From Octopus vulgaris (taxonomy: Eukaryota), in assembly GCA_951406725.2 (NCBI GenBank), contig OX597821.1, positions 90,396,001 through 90,460,000 on the forward strand: a stretch of 64,000 bases of DNA, in the 5' to 3' direction. Each line of letters opens with the position of its first letter. The first letter of the stretch is position 1. Below, one piece after another: positions 41,100 through 53,683 of this stretch. The notes beneath the pieces were generated by a model. The model saw nothing but the letters and a program-made list of their open reading frames with translations. It was not told the origin of the DNA and made no database searches. Position numbers and translations under genes: made by a program.

Positions 41100-41540
41100 C
41101 AAAATACGAGTGGTATATTCAGTATTAATTCCATCGTCTGCACTTGCTGTCATATGTATGTGTTTTATTTGCAACCCAATCCTCTTTCTGCATCGGATAT
41201 TTCGTTATTCTCTATTCCTGGATTGCAAATACCTATCCTACAAAGTGAGGGTGAATATATTGGTTGCTTATCCAATACAGATTACATTAATTGACTATGT
41301 TTCTTTTATCATTTGACAACATAGCCATTCATAACTTACTCATGAGCGTATAGCATTTCATCGAATATGCTGTTGTAAGGCTTTGTGACTTCCCTTGGTG
41401 TCTATCCATAATCATCAGCCAGACAATGAATTCATTTTAAGGAATACTTTTCTAGCACCTGTGTGTTAGACAAGTGTTCTATTCTGCCTCGTATATGAGG
41501 ACTTCATTCCCAGTGCATGGCATCCGTGTTATCTAGGGAT
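41100..41540 (-). mobile_element. Possible very old non-LTR RT remnant
   Basis: Weak ordered motifs on the minus strand: KA.NSI, then YSPSL, then ASADD. Confidence 0.25.
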
Positions 41541-42059
41541 CCATGACCCACTGCATCCACATTTGTTAATAAATGTAATCTAGGGGATAAGAAGTCAATG
41601 TTGACCCTCTGCCCCCTTGTTTTCTCCTTTACATTATGGCCAAGAACTCATCTAACGCTCGATCAAGAATCCAAATGTTGCTATTAGTAGCAGCGCGGCG
41701 AACAAATTGTTGGTTACTTGTTCACTGAAGACAAATAATTTTTTTTTATCAGAATGCTATATTCGCTGGTTACATAGTACATCTTGCAAATTCAGTCATT
41801 GCTTGTATGTGTTTGTGTGTGCGCGCGCGTGTGCATGCGTGTGTGTATGTATATATACACGCAAACAAAAACACACATATATACATATATATGTATATAT
41901 GTGTGTGTTTGTATATGTGTATGTGTGCGTGTATATGTATACATACATACATACATACATACACCCAAACACATACACACACTCACACACACACACATAC
42001 GGATCTTTACGGTTGCTGTCACATATTTTTTCCAGTTATTTTCAAATTTTATAACACGA

Positions 42060-42420
42060 TTTAGAGCGGAACATTTTCCTATCGAAGTCGGTTGTAGAGG
42101 GTTTGTTGGACACAGCGTGAGACGGCTGTTGTTATCGATAGGCTTAACTCATCGTAAAGTCAATACCACCATGACTGATATCCAATCTACAGTGGAGAAG
42201 GCTAGCCACTGGATTTGGTTAAAAAGAGACGATGAGCGATGGCTAGAAGTATATTGAGTTCTTCATAACCAGCTGATCTATCAGTGAGGGTGCGCATTGA
42301 TGCCGTCGAGAGGTAGGCCCCGAAATGGCGCGCATTCTCTCCTGATGACCCCATACACTTGCTAGCTTCCGGTAAACGGAGCTTTTAACTGGTAGCACTT
42401 GCATGTGCAAGTTGTTTGCA
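42060..42420 (+). mobile_element. HERO-like (RLE-type) retrotransposon 3' end: ORF C-terminus to the stop at 42257 plus 3' UTR
   Basis: FPIEVGCRGFVGHSVRRLLLSIG...VEKASHWIWLKR matches the PVEVGCRGF...AExASxWxWxxR C-terminal signature. Confidence 0.75.
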
Positions 42421-43109
42421 AGACATTTTGTATTCCTTTACTCTTTTATTCGTTTCAGTCATTTAGCTGTGGTCATGCCGGAGCACCATTGCAAATTATA
42501 TATGGAAATGCAATTAATTTTTACCATAAATTAATAAATGAAAAATTTAATAGCTTTTAAAGTTTTGAAGTATTAAGTAATTTTAGCCATAAATCATACT
42601 CTCTTGTCTGTTTCCATAGTAATAAGCAAAACCAGAGTCTGCCCCAATTTCAATTTAAGACGAATGTTGTACATTTACGACCGTGACGCATTCACTGTCG
42701 TAACCATCATCACAAGTCTTTGGCGGAAATTATTTTGTGACAAAAAGCTATCATTTAATGCATGCCAATTTCCGATTTCAATATCTATTCATGTTTATTG
42801 ATCGAATAAAAGTTATCAGACTTTGAACCTCTGTAAGTTTTTTTGCCGTCTTCTGGAATAAATGAATCCCAAATTCGTATGCAGCAAGAAAAATTATATC
42901 AATAGGCCAAATTTTAAAATTTTCACTTAATTAAAAAATTTCCAAGCCTGTGCAAGTACATATGTAGGGAAATACATATAGATAGGAACATAAACATACA
43001 ACCCCTACTCAAGTACTTTTGTGGACATCAAAGCACAAGAGGAACAAGTTTCTATACTAACGAAACCATACATTCAGTTCTATATTTAAGAGATGAGGAA
43101 TTATGTACA

Positions 43110-43274
43110 TTATTTACATTCGACGGATATTTGTCCTCATCTTGTTTGTTGTTAACACAACGTTTCCGCTGATATACCCTCCTGCCTTCCTGAAGAAAGC
43201 TGAGGCGTATATCAGCCGAAACGGTATGTTAACAACAAACAAGATGAGGACAAATATCCGTCGAATGTAAATAA
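43110..43274. repeat. Hairpin with 48-bp perfect arms; inverted Penelope-like terminal fragments
   Basis: 43110-43157 is the exact reverse complement of 43227-43274; the centre contains CTGAAGA...GCTGA..TCAGC-CGAAAC. Confidence 0.9.
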
Positions 43275-43680
43275 GGCGCAGGAGTGGCTGTGTGGTAAGT
43301 AGCTTGTTTACCAACCACATGGTTCCGGGTTCAGTCCCACTGCGTGGCACCTTGGGCAAGTGTCTTTTACTATAGCCTCGGGCCGACCAAAGCCTTGTGA
43401 GTGGATTTGGCAGACAGAAACTGAAAGAAGCCCGTCGTATATATGTATATGTATATATGCGTGTGTGTGTTTGTGTGTCTGTGTTTGTCCCCCTAGCATT
43501 GCTTGACAACCGATGCTGGTGTGTTTACGTCCCCGTCACTTAGCGGTTCGGCAAAAGAGACCGATAGAATAAGTATTGGGCTTACAAAAGAATAAGTCCC
43601 TGGGTCGAGTTGCTCGATTAAAGGCGGTGCTCCAGCATGGCCGCAGTCAAATGACTGAAACAAGTAAAAGAGTAAAGAGT
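43275..43680 (+). mobile_element. SINE-B, full length
   Basis: ggcgcaggagtggctgtgtggtaag...gactgaaacaagtaaaagagt. Confidence 0.93.
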
Positions 43681-44282
43681 ATATATATATATGCATTGGA
43701 ACACAAGGCTGTGGTGAAAGCTGAGGACAGCTACTTTGAGTAAACTTTTATCTCCCAGCCATAATCATGTTGATAAATTCTATTCTTTAAAATACATTTA
43801 TTTTTGGATGGAATATTGTGTTTTCTTTTCCTTGAATGCAAACTGTCAAATTTATCCAGAACACCCTGGATATGCATATATTTTTGCGTATATGTACATG
43901 GAATATGTATAATTCTGTAGACGTATCTTTGTAGTGAGGCAAGTATTCACATGTATGTACGTAGATGTGTATGTATGTATGTATGTATGTGTGTATGTAT
44001 GTATGTATGTATGTATGTGTGTATGTATGTATGTATGTATATATATATATGTATGCATATATGTATGTAAATATGCGTATATATGTGCAATGTATGTGCT
44101 TGTGTATGATTGTTTGGGTGAGTAGTCGGTTGGTTAAATCCTGAATAGAGGAAAACAGTTTTTGGGTTTATACATATCTGTGTGTGTATGTATGGATGAG
44201 TAAACATGTGTTTATATCTACGTATGCATGTGTATGTGTATTGAGTATAATTTATGTATATATTATGTATGCATATGTATGG

Positions 44283-44314
<32 letters not shown>

Positions 44315-44653
44315 ACGTGTGGGTGAATTTCATGCGAATTTATGTGTGTTTTCGAGCGTAATGATGATGTGTGAGTAAACATGAACGAGTGAAAGAGTGT
44401 GTATGTATGCGTGTGTGTCAGTGTGTGTAAATGAATGTGAGTGTATGTGTATATGGGAGTTATGTTCACAGGACACACATTAAAGCAACATTAGGTATCA
44501 TTTAAACACAGTAGCTAAAAATTCAATTAGACTTGCAAATTAAAAATGATTTTAATTTACATAAAGGAAATTGAGTGATTTAAGATGAAAAATTAAGCAA
44601 ATTTGCAGAGAATGCCTTATTAATTAACTTATTACATATTAGTGCAGAATTTC

Positions 44654-44745
<92 letters not shown>

Positions 44746-44917
44746 ATATGTATGTATATATATATATATGTATGTATATATACATATATACACACACGCA
44801 CATATACATATCTATATCTACATACACATATACATAATTATACATATATAAATATATATATATATAAATATATATATATATAATATATATGTATATATGT
44901 ACATATATATACATGTA

Positions 44918-44964
<47 letters not shown>

Positions 44965-46139
44965 ATATACGTATACGCATATATACATGGCCTATATATA
45001 CAGACACAGACACTCACACGCACACTCACAAATATGTATACGCGAGTGTGTATGCTTGTGTGCGGATTTTTGCTTCATTATCGATTATTCATTATTAAAT
45101 TTTCATTTTCTTTCAACCCCCATCCACCGTTGCTTCCATAAAATATGAACGCTTAAATATAACTACAAAGTCAACAGTTTTTCCATTGTGTGTTAATTGT
45201 TATTACGTAAATTACAGAATCTGTTGAGCAGCGGATCAAATTCCTTGTAGTACTTAATCACACCTTTATATTTTGGGATCCAATTTTGCTGAGATCATAT
45301 TTTTATTTTTATAATTCTTCGGTTTGCATAATCATTAAATATGTCCAGCCAAATGCTTTATTTTATACGTCTCAGCACTTCATAGTCTGCACTCAAACCG
45401 CAAGGTCAGGTTTTTTTGTCAAACTTGTGAGATCGATAAAATAAAGAACCAGTCCAGCACCGATTTTGATGAATTAGATGCTTAGATTGTTCTCCACAAA
45501 ATTTATTAGCTATGTACAAATATTGGTTCCAAATTTTTGGCACAGGGCCAGCAAGTTCCGGGCGAAGATTTGTCGATTACTTCGATCTAGTAGTCAAGAG
45601 GTATTTATTTTATCGACACCGAAAGGATGAAAGGCAAAGATGACCACGGTAGAATTTGATCACAACGTAACGACGGACAAAATGCCGCTAACGATTCGAC
45701 CAACTTGTCGTCTTTACTGTCTACCAATATTAGAAAAAGGTAAAACAATGAAAAAGCTGAATAAATAAAACATCCGTCAGAATCCTTTGCACTAGGCTTA
45801 TTTATTATTTTTTTTTTTTTTTCACCCTGTCCAGCACTTTCTGTGTTTACATTTCACCAGTTTCCCTATTACCTTTCATCGTTCTAACGTCAGAAAAACA
45901 ATGTACCTGTCAAGTAGTTCAATCGATGTGATCGACTGATCCCACTCCTCAATTTTTTTTCTGGCGTAAAAATTTTGACGTTTATGATGTTTATGAAGAT
46001 AAATATGGTCAAGGACATTCGTCCTAATTTTTCACGAGTACTTTTGTATGCCTTAACAAATAAATGACAAAACGGAAAAAAAAAATATTTGCATCTACAG
46101 AATTTGAGCACAAAACATGAACAGACATAATATAATCTT

Positions 46140-46523
46140 TTCTACTGTAGGCACAAGGCCCGAAATTTTGAGGTAGGGGTCAGTCGATTATATTGACCCC
46201 AGTACGCAACTGGTACTTAATTTATCGACCTCGAAAGGCAAAGTCGACCTCGGCGGAATTTGAACTCAGAAGTAAAGACAGACGAAATACCTATTTCTTT
46301 ATTACCCACAAGGAGCTAACCACAGAGGGGACAAACAAGGACAGACATAGGTATTAAGTCGATTACATCGACCCCAGTGCGTAACTGGTAATTAATTTAT
46401 CGACCACGAAAGGATGAAAGGCAAAGTCGACTTCGGCGGAATTTGAACTCACAACGTAACGACAGACCAAATACCGCTAAGTATTTCGCCCGGCGTGTTA
46501 ACGTCTCCGCCAGCTCGCCACCT
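46140..46523 (-). mobile_element. SINE-A dimer
   Basis: Junction aaagaaata|ggtatttcgtctg at about 46290. Confidence 0.88.
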
Positions 46524-46550
46524 TACAGGCATAATTTAATGTTATTAATA

Positions 46551-46762
46551 AGGCGGCGAGTTAGCAGAATTGTTTGTACGTCGGTCAGAATAGTTATCAG
46601 CATTTTGTCTGTCTTTATGTTATGAGTTCAAATTCCGCCGAGGTTGCCTTTGCTCTTCATCCTTTAACGGTCGATAAAGTAAGTACCAGTTGAACACTGA
46701 TGTCAATGTAATCGACATATCACCTCTTCCGAAATTGCTGGTCTTGTGGCAAAATTTGAACT
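46551..46762 (+). mobile_element. Diverged SINE-A-family copy
   Basis: aggcggcgagttagcagaat...gagttcaaattccgccgagg. Confidence 0.8.
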
Positions 46763-46899
46763 CACAACATATTAATATCCCTGATAGTCTAAAGCCCTTT
46801 ATAGCAACAATAGTTTATTTGGTACACATTTGTTAAATGAAATGACCATTTCAAAGTCAGGTTAAAATATTTGGATTTTGATATAAAATCAGCTGGGTG

Positions 46900-47890
46900 C
46901 TTAAAAAAAGGAAGAAATTAGATGAAATATGTACGCAAGATACAAAATATATGAATACATAGATGACATAGTTCTCTTGATACGAAGAATCCTCCAAATT
47001 AGGGCCACACAAGAAGTCGCATAGATTTAATATCACACTGATTTCTAAGGGCACACAGCATTCTCGCAAATTTTGTCCTCCGATATACAAGCGTATAATC
47101 AGAAAAGTTCCATTCACTGTAGCCATATTTAACACAGTCTTCCACCATTCAACAAATTCGTAGTGCATTTCTCTCTTCAAGTTCATTTAGCTTTTGAGTG
47201 CCACATGAACAATCAGATGAAGGCTTAGTCTAAAAATAATGCGTCTGTCTTAAATTTTTTAAGCCTTATCAACAGCACGTGCTCTTTCGTTATAGCCACC
47301 TGACAGAGGAAAACTATATGCAGAGCATTATTAAAGTATCGATGGTACAATCTTTATAAAGCCATTGGCTAATTGCTGGATCTAAACTAGGCAGAACAAA
47401 ATTGTATGATATAGTTCTGCAAGTAAGCTATTCTCGGTCATTACCCAAGTGCATGCAGAACGTGGGTGAAGCTATAACATTGTCGTTCTATGTTTGATAA
47501 CATAAAATTACCTTGGCAATATATGTATATATCATAAGAGATTGGCTCATTTCCACATTACTTAGAGCTTCTTGGGTGTACAATACGTCAATATCGCCGA
47601 ATGTTCGGAGAGTGGGAGCAGAGAAGGAGAGAGACTGATCAAGATTTGTAACAAATTTAAAATGGTTTCTGGATAAAAGAATTTAGGACTTCTTTGATCA
47701 GTTCAAGTCATGTTTTTGCTAACACTGCGATATCCATCATTTTATTGTTAGTTACATGTGGTGGAGCAGATAATTTTGATGTGAATTCAACTGCATTCAA
47801 CAGTATGTGATGTTGTAGTGACACCAGCACTTTACATTGAATACTGCATGTGGTAGAATGGACAAGATCCTGGCGCCAGTTAGTCAGCAT
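46900..47890 (-). mobile_element. Possible ancient DIRS/Ngaro-type RT-RNase H remnant
   Basis: Ordered weak motifs: NWRQDL, LAK.D, IDTLIM, VEWWKTVL....NG. Confidence 0.3.
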
Positions 47891-48327
47891 TTTTTAGGTT
47901 ACACAGAGAACAATTATCACCTGGGAAGACAAGCGATTTGCTGGTCGTCGGATTACATATGAGCTTCCAGGATCGATATGGTTAATAACGGATGAATAGC
48001 GGGAATTATATAATGTGCAAATGTGTGAGGATCACTTAGGCCCATGATGGTATACCCATCCGGGTTTTCAGCGGTCAGTAACATGATATTCGATAATAGA
48101 GTGTACCTATGGTGATAGCAGTAAGCTATGTCACTTTGCTATTGGTGGATGCTCTAGGCTGGTTAAGGTCTGTGCAGTTTCTCGTGGGTAAGGCGAAGCG
48201 GTGTTGGTAATTATGCGATCTAGGTGTGTAAAGTAGGTTTCTATCAAGTATGTTCCATGATGTTGAGGAATTCGTTTTCTTGATTCTGGAGCTTTCAGAT
48301 GAAGCGGGACAAAGAGTTTTCCTACCT

Positions 48328-48562
48328 TTATCGTTTTTACTACCCACAAGGGGGCTAAACACAGAAGGGACAAACAAGGACAGACATAGGTATTAAGTAG
48401 ATTACATCGACCCCAGTGCTTAACTGGTACTTAGTTTATCGACCCCGAAAGGATGAAAGGCAAAGTCGACCTCTGCGGAATTTGAACTCACAACGTAACG
48501 ACAGACGAAATACGGCTACGCATTTCGTCCGGCGTGCTAACGTTTCTGCCAGCTCGCCGCCT
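48328..48562 (-). mobile_element. SINE-A with a 10-bp TSD
   Basis: TTTTCCTACC at 48317-48326 and 48563-48572. Confidence 0.9.
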
Positions 48563-48754
48563 TTTTCCTACCCTTTTATTCTAAGGAGTGCACGTGCTGC
48601 ATGTCTCGTCTCTCAAAATTTATTGCTTGTCGTGTCTGGATAGGGGTGGCTTTAGAGTCGACAGCCTTTAAGAAGCATGATCCTCGCGTAAACACCTGGT
48701 AGGATTTCGACAGTTAAATGTTGAATTTAGGATGCGCACACACGCACACATACG

Positions 48755-48802
<48 letters not shown>

Positions 48803-51157
48803 TTCATACACAACGTGCATGGCACACACACGTACACACAAAATACATATATAAACAAACACATGAATTTATGTGCCTATCTTTACGTCAACTGATGAAA
48901 CTAGTGCGTGGAGTTACTTTCTTTGATTGATTATTACTTGTTGAGCTTGTCTTTTTCAGTTAGTCCGAGACCAGTGAGATCGAAGTGAAATCGATGCTGT
49001 TAATATTCTATTTAAGCTTTTACTGTTCAACACCTGCAGAAATGAAATTATGTAAATAAAAAAATTCCAGAGAGTTGATGTTGTCAGAAAGAAGAAGTAA
49101 GCATAGTGGTTAGTTTTGAGCTCGGTGAATGCAACAAGAGTGTCAAACGTGAATGATAAAGTGGATCAGTGATACCTTTGTAGAAGAGGTATGAGACTAA
49201 CCTGCTCTGAGGAACAGAGGTCATTATAAGACATAGAAAAACAGGACGAGAAGACTGCATGCCTTGACTATTTCATAAGTAAAGATTAATACTATATCAA
49301 CATGGACCTGACTGAAATAAAGATCAGAGTCAAATCAGCATTTATACTTAATCGAAACATGATTTACAGTCCCTGGAAGGATGATGAAGTTAAATTTGGT
49401 TAAATTTGAACCGTGTATACGGAGACACGTAACTAGAGGTGTGTCACAAAAAAAATTTGATCCTACAGACCTCAGAAAAAAATTCTTGAATATCATCCTC
49501 ATGAATTATGCAGGAAACGGAATAGCATAGGAAAATACATATTCATGCCTATATACATAAACATACACATAAATACATATATAACTGCCTGTCTTCCTGC
49601 CTGCCGACGTACCTACCTATCTACCTGTCTACATACATACGTACATATATACATGCGCACATGCATGCATGTACACAAACTGTCTTTCTATGACACACAG
49701 CCCTTCCATCACTCACTCACGCATTGGTTGTCTCATACACACACATGCACTTGCTGTGTCTCTGTCTCCCTGAAACATTCTTACACAGTCAAAGCAGCCT
49801 GGTAATTTATCTTAGATATCAGTACAATATTATTTCATATGAGATATTCCAAGGACACTTGTTCGATTGAATTAATAAACTAATAAACACGTACATAGTA
49901 AGATCAAGGTTTCCTACTTGGCTTTGGGGAGTTTACTCGACAGTAAGAACGAAGAGGTCAAAGGTCACAAACAGTCGGTTCTTCCTGGAAGGTCTCAAAG
50001 GATTTATCCTGCATTCATAAATGTGGAAATATATTTCCATGTGTTAGTTTGGCAATTTTATCTAGAAAACTAGCCTATGCGATATCATGTTGCTGATCTT
50101 CTTTGTATATCAATGTTATTACATTATAACGAGGTGCTGGCTGATAAAGTTGTAGCAGTTCAATCTTAAGAGAGTTTAAGCTTTGTTGGTGCTAATTGAA
50201 CACTACAGTAAACAACAATGGCATTCCACACCGCTAGTTAAAGATGAATAGATTGCGCTCAGTTAGGTGTCTTCTGATAATTATCTTCCGGTTTTTCTGC
50301 CTCAAAATTGTGAAGCAGATATTACACAAGTTTTAGAATACTATATTACATATAGTAAATAATTAAGAAGGAATTTTGCAAAGTCTAACACCAAAACTTT
50401 GGACATTTACAGCAACACAATCGCTTATATTATAGCTGACAGCTTCCTTAGAAGAAATTCCGGCAAATATAAGCTGCCATATATCATTGTAAATTAGCAG
50501 TGTGTCAAAGAAAGAGTATGAGGTGTCTTTGAATATGAGTTCACTTCCTGAATACGTTATACATGGAAATCACTTCAGAATTTAACTAAAGAGTTAACCT
50601 CACTTCCGCAGACAAACCATTGTCTAACCAATTGTTGTTGTTGTAATAGTAGTAGTTGGGAGTTGTCATCATGGTTGTAGTGGTTGTGATGATTAGAATG
50701 TGGTGTTCATGATATCGATGATAACTGTGGTGATGGTTGTGGTGATGCTGCTGTCGCTGTTGCTGTTGCTTGTGCTGCCGGTGTACGCATGGCTGCTGGT
50801 GGTGTTGGTTCAATGGTTAAGCTTATTAAGCAAAGATATATCTGTGTCAGACAAATAAAAGATGAGATTAAATAACTTTCAAATGTTAAATTCTTTTCCA
50901 ACAGTTGGAAGGTAATTGTATCTATCTTAAAGACAACGCCAACAGATAAATGTTGGCAGCTTTACTATCCATTTATTGCGGTAATTTCGCCCCTGGCCAG
51001 CCATCTAAGTTGCTGTTTTAACAACTAGCTGTGACCAGATGCGCTGTAGCAACCAACACCCACCAGGGGAGCTAATGATTCTATATACTCAGACAGGTAG
51101 TAATTCATCCATGTTAGTGTCTTTTGACTGTTTTGTGGTATTTACGACATTACGATA

Positions 51158-51755
51158 AGGCGGCGTGCTGGCAGAAGCGTTAGCACGTCGGGCGAAATTC
51201 TCAGCAGTATTTTTTCTATCACTACGTTCTGAGTTCGAATTCCGCCGAGGTCGACTTTGCCTTTTATCCTTTCAGGGTCGATTAAATAAGTACCAGTTAC
51301 GCACTGGGGTCGATATAATCGACTTAATCCGTTTGTTTGTCCTCTTTGTGTTTAGCTCCTTGTGGGTAGTAAAAGAAATAGTTATTTCGTCTGCCGTTAC
51401 GTTCTGAGTTCAAATTCCGTCGAGGTTAACTTTGCCTTTTATCCATTCGGGGTCAATAAATTAAGTACCAGTTACGCTTTGGGGTCGATGTAATCGACTT
51501 AATCCGTTTGTCTGTTCTTGTTTGTCCCCTCTGAATGTAGCCCTTTGTGGGCAGTAAAGAAATAAGAAACATTAGCACGCCGGGCGAAATGTTTAACGAT
51601 ATTTCGTCTGATTTTACGTTCTGAGTTCAAATTCCACCGTATTTGATTTTGCCTTTCATCCTTTCGGGGTCAATAAATTAAGTACCAGTTGCGTACTGGG
51701 GTCGATATAATCGACTTGCCTTCTCCCCCCGAATTTCGGGCCTTGTGCCTAGAAT
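51158..51755 (+). mobile_element. SINE-A trimer
   Basis: Junctions aaagaaata|gttatttcgtctg (about 51381) and aaagaaata|agaaacattagcacg (about 51564). Confidence 0.9.
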
Positions 51756-52102
51756 ACAATGAACACAATATTTACTGAGCTCTTTACATTTTGATTTTTA
51801 TTTAGTATTAAAACAAAACTCTTTAACAGACCAGGCATATATATTTTACTCTTTAGTACTTTTACTTGCTTCAGTCATTAGACTGTCCGGTCATGCTGGT
51901 GCAATGCCTTCAACATTTTCTTAGTCGAGTGAATCAACTCCAGTGCTTATATTTTGTTAAACCCAATACTTATGCTATTAGTCATATTTTGCCGAACTAT
52001 TAGGGAGGTAAACACTCCAACACCGGTTGTGAAGCAGTGGTGGGGAACAAACAGATACAAAGGCACACGTACATGCGCGCCTGTGTCTGTGTGCATATGT
52101 GT

Positions 52103-52245
52103 GTCAACTTTTTCAAATACCACTTGGAAAGGAAGGTGTGAATGGAAAGGCAGGTTTTGTCTCATGAAAGTTTCAAAAGAAGGTGGGTGAATGTAGCAAA
52201 GATGGTGCGTGCGAGTGACGAAACCACTTTGAGCATGATCCTGTA

Positions 52246-52284
<39 letters not shown>

Positions 52285-52568
52285 TTTGGTCTCATGTTCC
52301 CTCTCTGCTTGAGGTTAACATGATCTTTTTCGTAGGCTTTTCTTTTCACGGATAAACCTAATTTTGCTTTTTACATTTTAAAAATTCTTCTGTGGTATAT
52401 GATCCCCTTTGATCGTCTTTTTTCCCCCCGATCCCTTTTGATCGGAATTCTACTGCCCTGCCCCCTTTTTTTTTCATTTTCGGAAAGAAAAGCTCTACAT
52501 TTGTATTTGTCCTCTCCGTGTTCAGCCCTGTGTGGCCAAGAAAGTTATCTATCTATCTATCTATCTAT
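52103..52568 (+). mobile_element. Tx1/L1-like LINE 3' end with an (ATCT)n tail
   Basis: VNFFKYHLERKV*MERQVLS...RRWVNVAKMVR...MIL*, then a UTR ending cagccctgtgtggccaagaaag(ATCT)n. Confidence 0.65.
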
Positions 52569-53155
52569 CTTGTGCCAAAATTTGAAGCTATTATCCAGTG
52601 TATCCTTTTATTTAAGATAGTAGCGTGTGATTTAAAAGCTATTTGGCTACTGTTTCTAGCGAGTTAAGTGACCACCTTTATTGGTTCATTGCTGGTAATA
52701 AGGATGAAGATATATTTGGTAAATTCAGTTTGGACCATTTTTAATCAATGTTTGCTTTGTATATATATATATATAACGGGCTTCTTTCAATTTTCGTCTA
52801 CCAAATTAACTCACAAGAATTTGGTAAGTCCGAATCAATAGTAGAATACATTTGCCCAAGTTGACATGCAGTGGGACATAACCCGGAACCATATGGTTGA
52901 GAAACAACCTTTCTTACCACATAGTCACTTCTACGCCTGAAAATTGTTATTATCCATTTCAGTACAAAGCAAACATTGATTAAAAATGCTCCAAACTGAA
53001 TTTACCAAATATAACTTCATCCTTATTACCAGCAATGAACCAATAAAGGTGGTCACTTAACTTGCTAGAAACAGTAGCCAAATAGCTTTTAAATCACACG
53101 CTACTATCTTAAATAAAAGGATACACTGGATAATAGCTTCAAATTTTGGCACAAG
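52569..53155. repeat. 193-bp inverted duplication with a 201-bp spacer
   Basis: 52569-52761 versus 52963-53155; I count 3 mismatches. Confidence 0.95.
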
Positions 53156-53451
53156 GTCAGCAAGTTCTCAAGTGCTGAGATGGTAATTATTTTATCGATC
53201 CCGAATTGTTGAAAGGCAAAGTCGTCTTTGGTGGAGTTTGAACTCAGAACGTAAGGACGGACGAAATACCACTGAGCATTTTTTCCCGGTGTGCCAACGA
53301 TTCTGCCAACTTGCCGCCTTCATTACGGTACATTACATAATGTAATCTTATGTACACTTAAAAACCAGGTTAGTCACTGCCAGAAGATATTCAGACATAG
53401 AACTGTTTAATCAGTTCTGACCTTGGGCTAAAACTCTTATGTCGTAAGTAC

Positions 53452-53683
53452 CTATTTCTTTACTACCCACAAGGGGCTAACACAGAGAGGACAAACAAGG
53501 ACAGACAAACGGATTAAGTCGATTATATCGACCCCAGTGCGTAACTGGTACTTATTTAATCGACCCCGAAAGGATGAAAGGCAAAGTCGACCTCGGCGGA
53601 ATTTGATCTCAGAACGTAGTGGCAGACGAAATACCGCTAAGCATTTTGCCCGGTGTGCTAACGATTCTGCCAGCTCGCCGCCT
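53452..53683 (-). mobile_element. SINE-A
   Basis: Full-length match. Confidence 0.92.

Noticed and set aside
51158-51755. CRISPR-like array of repeats
   Set aside because: The units are SINE monomers of about 190 bp with no unique spacers, no cas genes and a eukaryotic context
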